A DNA stretch of 64,000 nt from Ostrea edulis (Eukaryota), in NCBI RefSeq assembly GCF_947568905.1, contig NC_079171.1, positions 25,358,001 to 25,422,000 of the forward strand, in the 5' to 3' direction. The first letter of the stretch is position 1. The number at the start of each line of letters is the position of its first letter. The position numbers and the translations under genes were made by a program. The notes beneath the pieces were generated by a model. It searched no databases, was not told the DNA's origin, and saw nothing but the letters and a program-made list of their open reading frames with translations. Shown here piece by piece: positions 8,718 through 19,983 of the stretch.

Positions 8718-11700
8718 TTAAAAGTCTCCTTTTGTATTAGCTTCCAAGCCTTGGAGTATTGTGGATCCAGTATAAGCAAAGCATAGACCTAAATTGTCAG
8801 TTGCTGAGTGAAGGATCGCATTACTGTTATTAATATTATGATTAGATGTAAAAAGCTGAGTGTCTGTTGCACATTTTCTGGCAGAAGCGCATGCGATGGC
8901 GTCGGATCTGATTGGTGACCACGAAGTGAGCGAACATCCTGTCCCTGAATATTTCCCTGGATAATAACCGTTATTGTTCCCGCCAGCATATTCGACATTC
9001 TTGTTGTGCGTTTTAACTTCCCGCATTATCGTAGCCCGTTCTGGTACGAAATTACAGTACGGATAAAATAATCCACCATCTTTCTTGAACATATCAGGTC
9101 CGTAACCTAAAATGTTGGGGTTAAATCGCATGTTGTCACACATTAGATTTGTTGTGAAACATTCGGGGTTCAGACAATCATTCACTGCGTGGTTGAAGAA
9201 ACCATCATCGAAACTCTGTTGTGAGTCAAACTGTAGAGGAGATCTGCCTAGCGGACTCGTTCCTCTTTCTAAAATGTAACTGTCCTGCATAGGGTTCACT
9301 AGCACAGGGAAAAACATTTTACTCATCTGGTATGTACTATCGTTACCACTATATACGTCGGTCATTATGTCGACGTGGTTTGCATCATTAGGGTCGAATA
9401 CCATCGATGCGTCGTGTCCGTGAGTCATGACCTTGTAGGCGGACGACGATCTGACGGACGGTGTTCCGAGCGAATTCGGAGCGAACGTCGACTTCCCTGA
9501 ATATATGATCTTATCGACTTTGGCGCCGTTTGCATATGTCTGTTTGTGCGCTGTGTGCATAGCCTGGATTATATTCAGGGCATTTGGTTGAGCTATCACC
9601 ATACCGTGCGTTTCGACGTAACGGCGTTTGAAGAAATTCACACCGATTCCAGGGTTGATTCCAGAAGCCAATAGTTGTCGTAGATTACTGGCGTTGTTTT
9701 CTAGTCCTATGGTCAACCAAACAAACAACTCGGCGCGATCAGATTCGAGTCCCTTTATCATCGACATCAAGGCCGTTTTCATTTTGGTAACAAAATGTTT
9801 TGGACTGTTTTTAAACTCTCTACCGAATTCTCCGCACCAACCATTAGTCGTAGGTGTAATCATTTGCATCATGTGACGATTAATCAACCGGGTGTTGACT
9901 GCCAGGAATGTTAGACTTGATATTCCAAGCAAAGCGGTTCCTGTGTTGTACAATACGCGCGCATTGGATAGAAAAATTGATGCATTCATGTAGTAGTTAT
10001 CGATCATGTAATCGTTGTGGTAATACATCTTGTGTGCATTAGTACCCCGTCTAACCGCGGGTGCTGTGGCTAGATGTCCAAACGGAAATGTTGTAGATGC
10101 ACCTCCACTGTTTACTATGACATTCCACAAATAAATTGGGATATTGCCTTTAGTATGTTGTTTCCAAGATTTATGCGGAAATGGCACCAGGTTGCAAGGG
10201 ACGCCGGGTTTGTTGTTTAAAGAGGCGTAGCCATCCATCACGGAGTGCACGAAACTAGCTGCGTGAGACACGGATAGTGTGTGACGAACATTTCGACCGA
10301 TATCGTAATATACGGTCTCCTGAGGCACGTGGTGTGCACTGATACCGTTCAGCTGATAACAGTCTTTGAATATGATACCGGTGGGTACAAACTCGTCATA
10401 CCAAGCGTTGTGTACCAGTTTGGCATGCTTCATATTCTCGACAACCTTGGTTGGTCCAATATGGACTTCTGCCAGTAGGTATCGATTCTTCTTATGCGTT
10501 AGGAATAAGAAGTTGTCTGTGTCACCAGTAGTTACCTTGATGTTCATGTGTTCCTCGGGTTTAAAATCGTACCCTACACCATTTCGTTTAAGAGATGTGG
10601 CCGTAGCCATGCTAGTCATAGGGGTTAGATCGTCACTGGAGAACTGAGTTTCTCCTCGATGTTGAACAAGTGTGCCGCGACGACTTTCGATGCTGGAACT
10701 GTTTGATATCACGTCGATGATTTCTTTGGTACACACGATAACTCCGTCTATATCGTATCGCGTACCTTCGGACATCACATGGGGTCGTCTGTGCGGTGTC
10801 AGTGTCATACACGTGTTCCTCTCGAAAACGTTTAGCGCGTGTCTAACCCACGCTACAGGCCCCATGTTGGTACCAACCTTATTCATACCAAATGTATTCC
10901 TCTGGTAATTCAAGGTGAGCTCGCGGGAGTAGTCAGCATTATTGTAATTGTGCCTAGTCCCGCAAGTTGTGGGTAGAGTACTTATATCCGGAGACGAATT
11001 GAACAATGTCTCTGTGGCCTGAATCAATCCTCCGCTAATGAGAGATATGGTCGAAGAGTGTGCGCTGGCGTTACACATCTGTAGAAACCTCTCTATCATA
11101 TATATGTACTGGATTTGGTTGTAATCAACCTTAGCATCCAATGCTGTTTCCATGTGGTGGTAAATTCTATCCGGGGTGCGCATATGCGCCATCTGTTTAA
11201 GTATGTCGTTGTAATACTGATACAACTGTGTATCAATTTCTGTCCCTATCGTTAGGGCCATTTCGGGCCAACTTGCTGTGAATGCAATCATGACGGATGA
11301 AACTGCAGGGGTGTCTGCTCCCGGTACAGTGATTGTTGCTGGAGGAGTGGTGTCCACTTTCACCATCCACTTGAAATCGTGTACGGTCTCAGGTTTTAGT
11401 TCGGTGTGTGAAATAGCGAACGCGCAACCTAGTGGATCTTGGGCTAGAGATCTAGTTGTGTGATACAGGTAACAGTGACCAACCAAGTATGTTAATTGAG
11501 GCGCGAAGTCATTTATCGAGATTTTATCGTGCGTTCTCGCTTCCACGTACAACTGTTTGGGTAATTGTTGAACCCTTAACATGGGGTCGTTGTAGTCGAA
11601 CCTATCGATGTCCGAATCCGTATACGACGGACCTCGCGTATGTTGCGGTCCGGAAAAGCCATTGAATAACTTTAGACTATTCATTTTTGTCAATTGGTGA

Positions 11701-11768
11701 TATTCACTATTTTGATGCAAATATCGTATATGCGCTTTGAGATAAATAATGGAAAATTTCAACACCAA
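8718..11768 (-). CDS. Candidate herpes major capsid protein (likely ATG at 11684)
   Basis: About 990-1016 aa, soluble, no enzyme motifs, located between the protease-scaffold and terminase genes. Call rests on size and context; no motif recognised. Confidence 0.55.
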   Translation of the reverse strand: MVLKFSIIYLKAHIRYLHQNSEYHQLTKMNSLKLFNGFSGPQHTRGPSYTDSDIDRFDYNDPMLRVQQLPKQLYVEARTHDKISINDFAPQLTYLVGHCYLYHTTRSLAQDPLGCAFAISHTELKPETVHDFKWMVKVDTTPPATITVPGADTPAVSSVMIAFTASWPEMALTIGTEIDTQLYQYYNDILKQMAHMRTPDRIYHHMETALDAKVDYNQIQYIYMIERFLQMCNASAHSSTISLISGGLIQATETLFNSSPDISTLPTTCGTRHNYNNADYSRELTLNYQRNTFGMNKVGTNMGPVAWVRHALNVFERNTCMTLTPHRRPHVMSEGTRYDIDGVIVCTKEIIDVISNSSSIESRRGTLVQHRGETQFSSDDLTPMTSMATATSLKRNGVGYDFKPEEHMNIKVTTGDTDNFLFLTHKKNRYLLAEVHIGPTKVVENMKHAKLVHNAWYDEFVPTGIIFKDCYQLNGISAHHVPQETVYYDIGRNVRHTLSVSHAASFVHSVMDGYASLNNKPGVPCNLVPFPHKSWKQHTKGNIPIYLWNVIVNSGGASTTFPFGHLATAPAVRRGTNAHKMYYHNDYMIDNYYMNASIFLSNARVLYNTGTALLGISSLTFLAVNTRLINRHMMQMITPTTNGWCGEFGREFKNSPKHFVTKMKTALMSMIKGLESDRAELFVWLTIGLENNASNLRQLLASGINPGIGVNFFKRRYVETHGMVIAQPNALNIIQAMHTAHKQTYANGAKVDKIIYSGKSTFAPNSLGTPSVRSSSAYKVMTHGHDASMVFDPNDANHVDIMTDVYSGNDSTYQMSKMFFPVLVNPMQDSYILERGTSPLGRSPLQFDSQQSFDDGFFNHAVNDCLNPECFTTNLMCDNMRFNPNILGYGPDMFKKDGGLFYPYCNFVPERATIMREVKTHNKNVEYAGGNNNGYYPGKYSGTGCSLTSWSPIRSDAIACASARKCATDTQLFTSNHNINNSNAILHSATDNLGLCFAYTGSTILQGLEANTKGDF

Positions 11769-12426
11769 TGCACTTAGGCGACGTTTTTATATGAGACTGG
11801 GTAAATATAGATATAGAAATGTTAAACCTTATGAGCGAACAGTTCGACAAAAACATTCCGGTCAAGTGATATTTTATCCATTCGAACTCACCGCCTCGTC
11901 ACTCAGGAATATCAATGCTAGCAGCAAACTGGTGATAAAAAAAGACTTTGCGGTACTGGATAGCATCAGTGATTCCACACCGAGCGATCTTATATCTCTG
12001 GAATACATGAAAAAATGCGAAGCTTCGTTCGACGATTTTACAACCACAATCGATTCGGACCTAGCGAAGGAAGGGAAGGTTATATCTGACAAAAACTTAC
12101 TATCTCAAGTCAAGTATTTTCTCATCAACAACAAATTCAAACTTCTCAACAAAGGACAGTTTATGATGACGAACGACGACACGTACTTTGTCACATTTAA
12201 ACTCCTCGCGTATCATTCGGATATTGTTGTAGACAGAGAGTTGATACACACGCTAAAACAGGATTCGCACGAACTTGTCAAACTGAGAATTTTATCGGCA
12301 CCGGACGGCGTTTTTGTTAAAGCCAAAGATAGTGGTGCCGACTTGTATGCTGTCGTGGAAATTAAAGCTACTGTGAACATCACCCATCTTGGACTGGATG
12401 ATAAATTCAACCCTTCGTACATGTAA
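11749..12426 (+). CDS. Hypothetical viral protein
   Basis: 225-aa ATG ORF, divergent from the capsid candidate and upstream of terminase. Confidence 0.65.
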   Translation: MENFNTNALRRRFYMRLGKYRYRNVKPYERTVRQKHSGQVIFYPFELTASSLRNINASSKLVIKKDFAVLDSISDSTPSDLISLEYMKKCEASFDDFTTTIDSDLAKEGKVISDKNLLSQVKYFLINNKFKLLNKGQFMMTNDDTYFVTFKLLAYHSDIVVDRELIHTLKQDSHELVKLRILSAPDGVFVKAKDSGADLYAVVEIKATVNITHLGLDDKFNPSYM

Positions 12427-12539
12427 TGATTGGTATTTTTATATATGTAAGTTATACACTGTTTTAGAAGAAATAAAATTACTTATCTTTTGGAAATATA
12501 TTTGTTGTTGGTTAAAAAAAGTCACGCACTTTTGTAAAT

Positions 12540-14696
12540 ATGCGGTACTTGACCACACCTCGAGGGACTTATGGTATCCCGTTCATTAGAAATTCAGATG
12601 GAGAACAATGTGCTAACGATTTAATGTGGGGATACATGTCGTACGTAGATACGTGCATTACCGCAATCAAAAACCATTACGAGAAATACATGTTATCTAC
12701 AATGGTCTGGCACGACCCTTCCAATATGACCATTGGTGCCACGTATCGTACGCAATATGTGACGAGACCAAATATGAGAGACCCATTCGATGATGATTGT
12801 GATATGGATGCAGAAGAAAACGAAGCGTCTGAGTCTGACAACAACGTATTCGAAGGGAATGTTGAACATATGCTATATATTTTAAACGAAATTAAAAAGC
12901 ATAGAAAACCTCTAGATATCGCCACGCATCTAATGAGAGATGATGGAAAACTGTTCGAAGCCTTTCAAAAGAGTTCGCTGTACGAACATTTGATGTACTA
13001 TATCAGATCGACAACTCCTGGGGTTCTCAAACATTTCGTTATGGCTCTCACACCCATGATTGGAATGGATACGTATGACATCGACCATTTCATAGCAATG
13101 TATACGCGCAGACATCACATGCAAATTATACCTCGTAGACATGGTAAATCATTTTGTATTTCATTGGGAATATCAGCAATGCTAGCATCGTACAGGGATA
13201 TTAAAGTCATGTTTGTATCGAAGGATCTCAGAAATGCAAAACGCATGTCTTCGGAAGTCACAGTGTTTCTCGCCAAGTGGGCTCTGGTGGAAAGAGCTGA
13301 ATACAAAATAAAACGAGACGAAGGAGGTTGCAGTTTTATTATGGTGTACCCAGGAAATACCACATCGGTATTCGATTCTACTCATGGTAGGAACGAAATT
13401 CGCGGACCAGATCCCCAAGTATGCTATATAGACGAAGCCTTAACGATTAGTGCTAGAATCACCCATTCGATATTGGCCTTGACGCATAAAGAATCTTGTA
13501 AGGTTGGAATATACTCCAGTCCGACAGCGTCTACTCAGAAAATGTTATTAAACTGCATATCCGTACTCACTAAACGAGATAGCGGGATCAATTTCATCAT
13601 GGTTAATTATTTCTGCGGATCTGATGATCACATGGAGTTTGCGATTAAACAGAGTGGTTGCAGAGACCTAATATTTTCAAAACCCAGACACATCAATTTG
13701 GACTTCACCAACAAGCTGGTATCCGATGTTTTAACAGGTAGCAACAAGATGTACTCGGACGAAATGGGTATCGTGACCATGACCGACCTAGTTAACACTC
13801 GAGACGAGTTTTATCGTAGCGATACAGACATAATCGTCAAACAGTTTTCGGCAAATTTCATTAACTACATATGTTCTTACGAATGTACAACTAATCATCG
13901 ACCGTCGTATGTGTACATATACATCGATCCGAGCTACAACTTCTCAGATCAGTCGGGTAACGGATTGTGTGCTGTTGGAGTAGAAGAACATAACGGGAAT
14001 GTTACACCGATCGTGTTGTACATGGCAGAACTTTTCAATAGAGTGCAGGATATGGTTAACGTTCAAACCAATATCGCTAAGATGGTGTTGAGTGCTATAG
14101 ATCACATTGATAAATATGTCGATGGAGGTGTTAAACCACAATACTTCATAATACTAGAAAACAACTCGTCACAAGCTTGTGCTCAAAGTATTTACAGCAT
14201 GATATCGAAATATATGGATCAAAATGTTAAACACCGATCGTATCTATATTATAGCGTTCCGAATGGTGGCGTTTCCAACAGGGATCCCATGACCTTGACG
14301 ACACAAAATACCGTTATGCCGGGATATCGGCTGGATCAAAATAAAACGCAAATTGTTTGGCATATTATGAACCGGTGTAACAACAGGCGTGTGAAAATAT
14401 GGGCACATTTAGGTGGTACAACATCATCAAATCTGTTACTGATGGAAAGATTTAAATTTCAAGCCCAAACATTTAGTATGGATGACTCGTCGCGTACTTA
14501 CTCTGGCAAGAAGACCAGAACTACAAGTGACGATCTTATTATTAGTTTTATAATGAGTGTGTACTTTTCAACAATGTGTTACGGAACTAGGCTCGAGCTA
14601 GCATCGAACTGGAAAAAGATATCGGGGATAAACAGAAATCAAAATGGCAAGGCTAATACCTCCGTCGGATATGCAGTTAGTCTTGCGAGCCGATGA
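12540..14696 (+). CDS. UL15: DNA-packaging terminase ATPase/nuclease subunit, UL15-like, unspliced
   Basis: Walker A IIPRRHGKS, Walker B CYIDEA, nuclease motifs YIYIDPS..SGNG, ILENNS and SDDLIISFIM, all in one ORF. Confidence 0.95.
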   Translation: MRYLTTPRGTYGIPFIRNSDGEQCANDLMWGYMSYVDTCITAIKNHYEKYMLSTMVWHDPSNMTIGATYRTQYVTRPNMRDPFDDDCDMDAEENEASESDNNVFEGNVEHMLYILNEIKKHRKPLDIATHLMRDDGKLFEAFQKSSLYEHLMYYIRSTTPGVLKHFVMALTPMIGMDTYDIDHFIAMYTRRHHMQIIPRRHGKSFCISLGISAMLASYRDIKVMFVSKDLRNAKRMSSEVTVFLAKWALVERAEYKIKRDEGGCSFIMVYPGNTTSVFDSTHGRNEIRGPDPQVCYIDEALTISARITHSILALTHKESCKVGIYSSPTASTQKMLLNCISVLTKRDSGINFIMVNYFCGSDDHMEFAIKQSGCRDLIFSKPRHINLDFTNKLVSDVLTGSNKMYSDEMGIVTMTDLVNTRDEFYRSDTDIIVKQFSANFINYICSYECTTNHRPSYVYIYIDPSYNFSDQSGNGLCAVGVEEHNGNVTPIVLYMAELFNRVQDMVNVQTNIAKMVLSAIDHIDKYVDGGVKPQYFIILENNSSQACAQSIYSMISKYMDQNVKHRSYLYYSVPNGGVSNRDPMTLTTQNTVMPGYRLDQNKTQIVWHIMNRCNNRRVKIWAHLGGTTSSNLLLMERFKFQAQTFSMDDSSRTYSGKKTRTTSDDLIISFIMSVYFSTMCYGTRLELASNWKKISGINRNQNGKANTSVGYAVSLASR

Positions 14697-17600
14697 TGCG
14701 ACAGACCGGCTTGCACGAAATATAGCTATCACGGAAGCTATAACTTGTAATTCTATAAATCAACAACAATCTGCCAATAGTGTTAGTCGGTTTGCTGCAA
14801 TATTGAACTTTAACTATGGACATTCCCAATTTATCGTTCATAGCGACATTATGCAAAGTCATACACGAGTGCAGATTAAAAACAATATTCGCGACCACAT
14901 CGTGTTTTTTCATAAAAATGCACATTTCGTTGTGTTACATGGGAGATTCGCCAATGGAGCGTATGATGTGGTACAATACTCTAGTACTTCGTCGAGTATT
15001 GATTTGGGAGAAGTGAAGAGAGTTTTCTCACCAACGTCCACCATATTTTTCATATCGCCAATAAACCAAGGAAGTACACAAATGTGTGGACCATTATCGT
15101 GTCTAATAGCGTTAACTCTTTGTAGAATTAACTTAATTGGTGATATGATGGAATCGATATCTTTAGTGCACGGAAGCTACAGCCGCGTATTGCGAGACTT
15201 CTTTAACATTATCATTACTGGGAAAATATATCCATCGGATATGAAATATCAACGTGTGATCGCTTATGAAAATCAATCATCTCTTATAATCAACTCGGTT
15301 ATGGTAGAACCTTCGGTGGATCGTTATGTTGCAGATATACCGAATCCTAGAAGTAATGAACGATATAGTGAAGAACGCGAAAGAGTGAAAGATGATATTG
15401 TCGTCACATTAGATAATGCGCCACCGGATCAAGTGCTTTACATTGGTCAAGCTATAGATGACGAATTCTATAGTACAAACATCGATCGTACCGACTTCTT
15501 CAAAAATGCGTATGTAGATATTGTATGGAATTTGAATGCCATGCATACAACCGCTCCCAAAGCATCAGAACAATCTTTTTTCGATCGGTCTATACATCCG
15601 TACACAGTAATGATAGATAATGTGGGTGTAGAGGATGATGATTGGGTGGGGTATTACAAAGCATGTTTAAGCGTAATACACCACGATTACAGTGATCGTA
15701 TTTATATATTTGATGATGGAAATATCGAAATACCTACCGAAAAACCCGGACCTAAATCACGCATGCCAATGATATATTTATCTTGGGTAACTGACAATAC
15801 CGTGTGGGTTACACATTCATATATTGACATGACTGGTGAGCGTGTGATAACCATACATTCGCCGAATCAATTATCTCATGAACGTACCGGCATAATTATG
15901 GGAAAGCATGGTGTAACCAATCCATCAAACGTGACATACATGTCGTCCATCTCGGCAGCACGCAAATGGCAACAGATAATGAGTATGGAGATAGCGATGA
16001 TGTTGGTTGTAAATATAGCTAGACGTTCGCCAGCAGATATGTTTACTGAAACTATATTCGATCTTCCTAATGATTGGATAGAGCACATCATACGATCGAT
16101 AATTAATGTGGCTACAACGGATTCTACTTTATACAATGACGATTTCGTTACATGCAGCACACGCGACGATGCTGACTTACATCGTAGACCGGTTAATCAA
16201 CAACGTCCGATAACATTTTGCAACACCTATTATGTTGCGAATCAAGAAGAATTGCTTAGAACTGGTAAGAAAGGCACCATGCTATCGACCGACAAATGTA
16301 CTTGTGGTTACAACCGAACTACTTCGAAATGTGCATCGCAGACCGACAAATGTATAAATGATTACAACCAAACTATTCCGAAACTTGCATCACAACAAGT
16401 GTCCGAAGGCTCGATACTTCGCGATGCATATAAAGAAACTGAACCAATTGCGCAGCCGATGGAATATACACGATCCGAGCAGAATGCAAAACGCCTTAAC
16501 CTAGGCAAATTAGAAGACACTAAAGTTTTAATTAACAACATGTCGATTGCTATTGATAAATGGAAACATAAAAAAAAAACTAAAGCAGGACCTAACAAAG
16601 AACCGGGGTCTAACAGAGAACCGGGACCTAACAAAGAACCGGGATCTAACAAAGAACCGGGACCTAACAAAGAACCGGGACCTAAAAACGAACCGGGACC
16701 TAAAAACGAACCGGGGTCTAAAATAAATGTGGAGCCCAAACGTAAGCGTACTGCGTCTGAAATTAGTTATGGTGATGATACAGAAATACCGAATGTAGCA
16801 AAAAAAAGATGCTCGAGTTACTTTGAGATAACTGAAAACAAGCCCGTTCTACAACCCGCCCCGCCTATATCACAGCCTATCATATCTAACCCGCATGTGT
16901 TTAACCAGAATGGATCGATGCGGTCACGAATCACCTTTGACGATGCGCCTCATTCCGAATCGCCACCATTTGCATCAATATATCGACCCGTCTCACCTGC
17001 TCCACAGCCTGACGTACATGACCGGCAGTATGATGCATTTGAACAGAATTGGTCTGGTCGATCGGGATTTACATATGACGACGATTTTTTTTCCGAACCG
17101 CTATCACCTGGATCGCCACAGCGACCCGATCCATCCACCCCACAGTCTGACACATCTAACGTGCAGTACGAGATCTCTGAACATAATGGATCGATAATAG
17201 AATGTCGTTTAGAAGACGATGACTATACTTTCGAGTCAATACAATCTGAATCACCACGTCGAAACAACCCGAAACTAGATATTCGATCGGGACAGTTACC
17301 GACTTGGGGAGATAATGGATCAAGATATGACAATATCGACGATGATGGTGTTCAATTGACGGACTACGAGCCATCAAGCGATAGTGATTCAACATGTCGT
17401 AAACGTGAAAAAAAAACATACACTAGTTCTGAGGAATATGAATCGGATGATTATACCAAACAAAACGGAAGATTGCCAAAATATGTCTATACGAAATCTT
17501 CCTTCAAACCCTCCAGTATCTATCGCAGTGCTAATAATAACATTCTTCATTTGGGTCAGTATGATGATGATGATGATGAATACGATGATACTAAACAACG

Positions 17601-19983
17601 ATCGCTTGATATATCAAACCATGATCTTACAACACCTCGTGTACAGATCGTTAGCGATTATGGTAGTCCCACCCGTGAGCGAACACTTAGTTCACAAATT
17701 GATGCGCCGTCTGAATTTCTGACCAGTCCTCAATCATTGTATCGTTCACGGTCCAGTTCAACTTCATCGGTTGGTTGGACTAGTAGTGGTAGTAGTAGTA
17801 GTAGTGGTGGTGATGATACCAATGTTGACGATTTTGATCAGCAGTCGCGCGAACATGCCGAACCATCGTGGAGTCGCTATTCCGACGATGATGATACATA
17901 TCGTAGGGGATTCTATACTGCTAGCTATTCTAACGAAGACGATCCATTGATGGACATATCTGACGATGATGACCCAATGATCGATATGACCGATTCATTA
18001 AGCGTATTTATACGCAAGCTTACAGAATGTAATGATAATGAACGTGTGTGCAACAATGATGATACCGAATCGATCGTGATGGAAGAGATTGATAACGACG
18101 ATGCTGACCATACGCCGAAAAAGATTGATAGTGTGGTTTTAGATGGGGAAGTGTCAGAGCAGATTGAATGTTTTTCACGACGGGTGAATAAAGATGAAAT
18201 AACGAATGTATCAAACGACGAACTTATACATTGTAATATTGGCGAACCAGATGGACAGTCCGATAAAAAATCTATCCAATTAGACATGACGTTCGACATC
18301 GGAATCGAGGACGAAGATTTTTCAAGAAGATTGAAATCTCTGAATCGACGTGAACATATATCGATACATCCTGGCGTTGTAGAAAAACTAAAAGCCGTGG
18401 GTGAAAAAAAATCCGATATCAAATCGCATTTTGCTAAACAAGAAACTATTCAAGAATCAGACCCATTTACACGCATATTACCTAACGTGGGTATACACAT
18501 TGTACAGCCCAAATCTATGCCTATTCGGAAGTCGCATATAGAACCGGATGATGAACCGAGGTATAATTTTTATACAGACCCACTTAATCGTACGGCGCAC
18601 AAGTCTTATGCCAACATGAAATATGTGTACCCAGAAGAACCTTCGGGTTGGATATCGAATAGTATGCTCGCCAATCAAGTTACAGAAATGATAAATGGCT
18701 GTTTCTATCGGATAATGAACATGTGCGTTAGAGAGGCGTTTTGTCTCGATAATTTGAGAACTAGAACTGTCAAATACAAGGCTGGCAAAAATGATTTCAA
18801 TATGCCATTACCAACTGCAAACCCTTTGGATCATACCAGAGCCGGTTTTATCAATAGGATTCCACTATCGAATACTGCAGCTATGAACCAAGCAAAAGTA
18901 TCGATCCTATACTTGACTAGAAGCGTGGTCATACACGATAACGTTCGGAAGGGTGTTACTAAATCGATGAATGCATACCATAAGACTGTATTTAAACAGA
19001 ACTTTTTTCCTAGTCGAATAGCAATACATTCGTGTGTAAATTGGTGCAAATATCCGGTTAAATTCTACACTCACGAGAGCGAATCTGCCCCCCATTATCA
19101 GTCTGACGGATTCGTGATGGGTGGTATCCCCATGGTACAATTGATTAAAGATACTGGTGAATTTTTGAAAAGTGTGCATAATGTGTTTAGTATAGACATG
19201 GAGACATCGTATGTATCGAACCTTGGTCGCGCCAAATTGATGGCTAAGAACATTAAGTTAATAAATAGAATGTGCAGCATGGTCAATTCGATTTCTAATG
19301 GAAATTTCACAGCGATGACTCTGGCTAGATATTGTTACAAGCATAGCTGGCGACACACACGAAAGGACGTACCGAATATGAACACATTTTTCGATTTTGT
19401 CAATAATATAAAAGTTACACAGAAATCCATATCCGGATTTATAGATGTTGATCTGAACGGACTATTTTCTGAACACGAACTTAGAACCAGAATAAATGGA
19501 GACCTATCCATAGATTATACCAAGGAGGCGAATGTACTGGTGTTTGCGGATTACGCATCGTGGATGTATCAACATATAGCGTGCGAAATATTGCTGTGCA
19601 AAGTGCTAATGCTTTTATTAAATGGGAGACAATTGGTGAAACTTAATGGTCTAATGTTGGGTAAGACTTGTGTAATATCACAATGGTACCCTGGATTAAT
19701 ATCTCTATTGTACGGTCTGGGTACTCAAGTGTACGGCATGCAAATCGATAGTGTAGGTACAATTAGAGAATTATCGATGAAAGCTACGACCTTAGATGTG
19801 AATTCTCGCAAAGAAACTCGCGCGCTGGTGGCCGTCGAAATTGCGGAAATCTGTTTATGTGTTTTATCAGAACCATCCAATAGTGCTATGATATCTTACA
19901 TATACGAGACTAAGACTGGATGTGAATCTTTCTTAACGACCAACACCGCCATCAAATCCACTACGACTGCACAATTAAAATGA
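14644..19983 (+). CDS. Large tegument-like protein with an N-terminal CE-clan-like cysteine protease domain
   Basis: 1779 aa. AHFVVL...QYSS...NQGSTQMCGPLSC near the N-terminus; long acidic Ser/Pro-rich centre; globular C-terminus. Confidence 0.55.
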   Translation: MARLIPPSDMQLVLRADDATDRLARNIAITEAITCNSINQQQSANSVSRFAAILNFNYGHSQFIVHSDIMQSHTRVQIKNNIRDHIVFFHKNAHFVVLHGRFANGAYDVVQYSSTSSSIDLGEVKRVFSPTSTIFFISPINQGSTQMCGPLSCLIALTLCRINLIGDMMESISLVHGSYSRVLRDFFNIIITGKIYPSDMKYQRVIAYENQSSLIINSVMVEPSVDRYVADIPNPRSNERYSEERERVKDDIVVTLDNAPPDQVLYIGQAIDDEFYSTNIDRTDFFKNAYVDIVWNLNAMHTTAPKASEQSFFDRSIHPYTVMIDNVGVEDDDWVGYYKACLSVIHHDYSDRIYIFDDGNIEIPTEKPGPKSRMPMIYLSWVTDNTVWVTHSYIDMTGERVITIHSPNQLSHERTGIIMGKHGVTNPSNVTYMSSISAARKWQQIMSMEIAMMLVVNIARRSPADMFTETIFDLPNDWIEHIIRSIINVATTDSTLYNDDFVTCSTRDDADLHRRPVNQQRPITFCNTYYVANQEELLRTGKKGTMLSTDKCTCGYNRTTSKCASQTDKCINDYNQTIPKLASQQVSEGSILRDAYKETEPIAQPMEYTRSEQNAKRLNLGKLEDTKVLINNMSIAIDKWKHKKKTKAGPNKEPGSNREPGPNKEPGSNKEPGPNKEPGPKNEPGPKNEPGSKINVEPKRKRTASEISYGDDTEIPNVAKKRCSSYFEITENKPVLQPAPPISQPIISNPHVFNQNGSMRSRITFDDAPHSESPPFASIYRPVSPAPQPDVHDRQYDAFEQNWSGRSGFTYDDDFFSEPLSPGSPQRPDPSTPQSDTSNVQYEISEHNGSIIECRLEDDDYTFESIQSESPRRNNPKLDIRSGQLPTWGDNGSRYDNIDDDGVQLTDYEPSSDSDSTCRKREKKTYTSSEEYESDDYTKQNGRLPKYVYTKSSFKPSSIYRSANNNILHLGQYDDDDDEYDDTKQRSLDISNHDLTTPRVQIVSDYGSPTRERTLSSQIDAPSEFLTSPQSLYRSRSSSTSSVGWTSSGSSSSSGGDDTNVDDFDQQSREHAEPSWSRYSDDDDTYRRGFYTASYSNEDDPLMDISDDDDPMIDMTDSLSVFIRKLTECNDNERVCNNDDTESIVMEEIDNDDADHTPKKIDSVVLDGEVSEQIECFSRRVNKDEITNVSNDELIHCNIGEPDGQSDKKSIQLDMTFDIGIEDEDFSRRLKSLNRREHISIHPGVVEKLKAVGEKKSDIKSHFAKQETIQESDPFTRILPNVGIHIVQPKSMPIRKSHIEPDDEPRYNFYTDPLNRTAHKSYANMKYVYPEEPSGWISNSMLANQVTEMINGCFYRIMNMCVREAFCLDNLRTRTVKYKAGKNDFNMPLPTANPLDHTRAGFINRIPLSNTAAMNQAKVSILYLTRSVVIHDNVRKGVTKSMNAYHKTVFKQNFFPSRIAIHSCVNWCKYPVKFYTHESESAPHYQSDGFVMGGIPMVQLIKDTGEFLKSVHNVFSIDMETSYVSNLGRAKLMAKNIKLINRMCSMVNSISNGNFTAMTLARYCYKHSWRHTRKDVPNMNTFFDFVNNIKVTQKSISGFIDVDLNGLFSEHELRTRINGDLSIDYTKEANVLVFADYASWMYQHIACEILLCKVLMLLLNGRQLVKLNGLMLGKTCVISQWYPGLISLLYGLGTQVYGMQIDSVGTIRELSMKATTLDVNSRKETRALVAVEIAEICLCVLSEPSNSAMISYIYETKTGCESFLTTNTAIKSTTTAQLK
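16585..16725 (+). repeat. 18-bp tandem repeat (EPGPNK/EPGSNK), about 8 units
   Basis: Units like gaaccgggacctaacaaa, in frame within the 1779-aa ORF. Confidence 0.9.

Noticed and set aside
12540-14696. Tailed-phage origin of the terminase
   Set aside because: PRRHGK and SDDL motifs with assemblin R/M sites, a UL9-like helicase, poly(A) signals and eukaryotic TEs fit Herpesvirales; no SD sites or operon signs noticed.
16362-16739. Antisense (LGPGSL)n ORF
   Set aside because: Reverse reading of the EPGPNK repeat.
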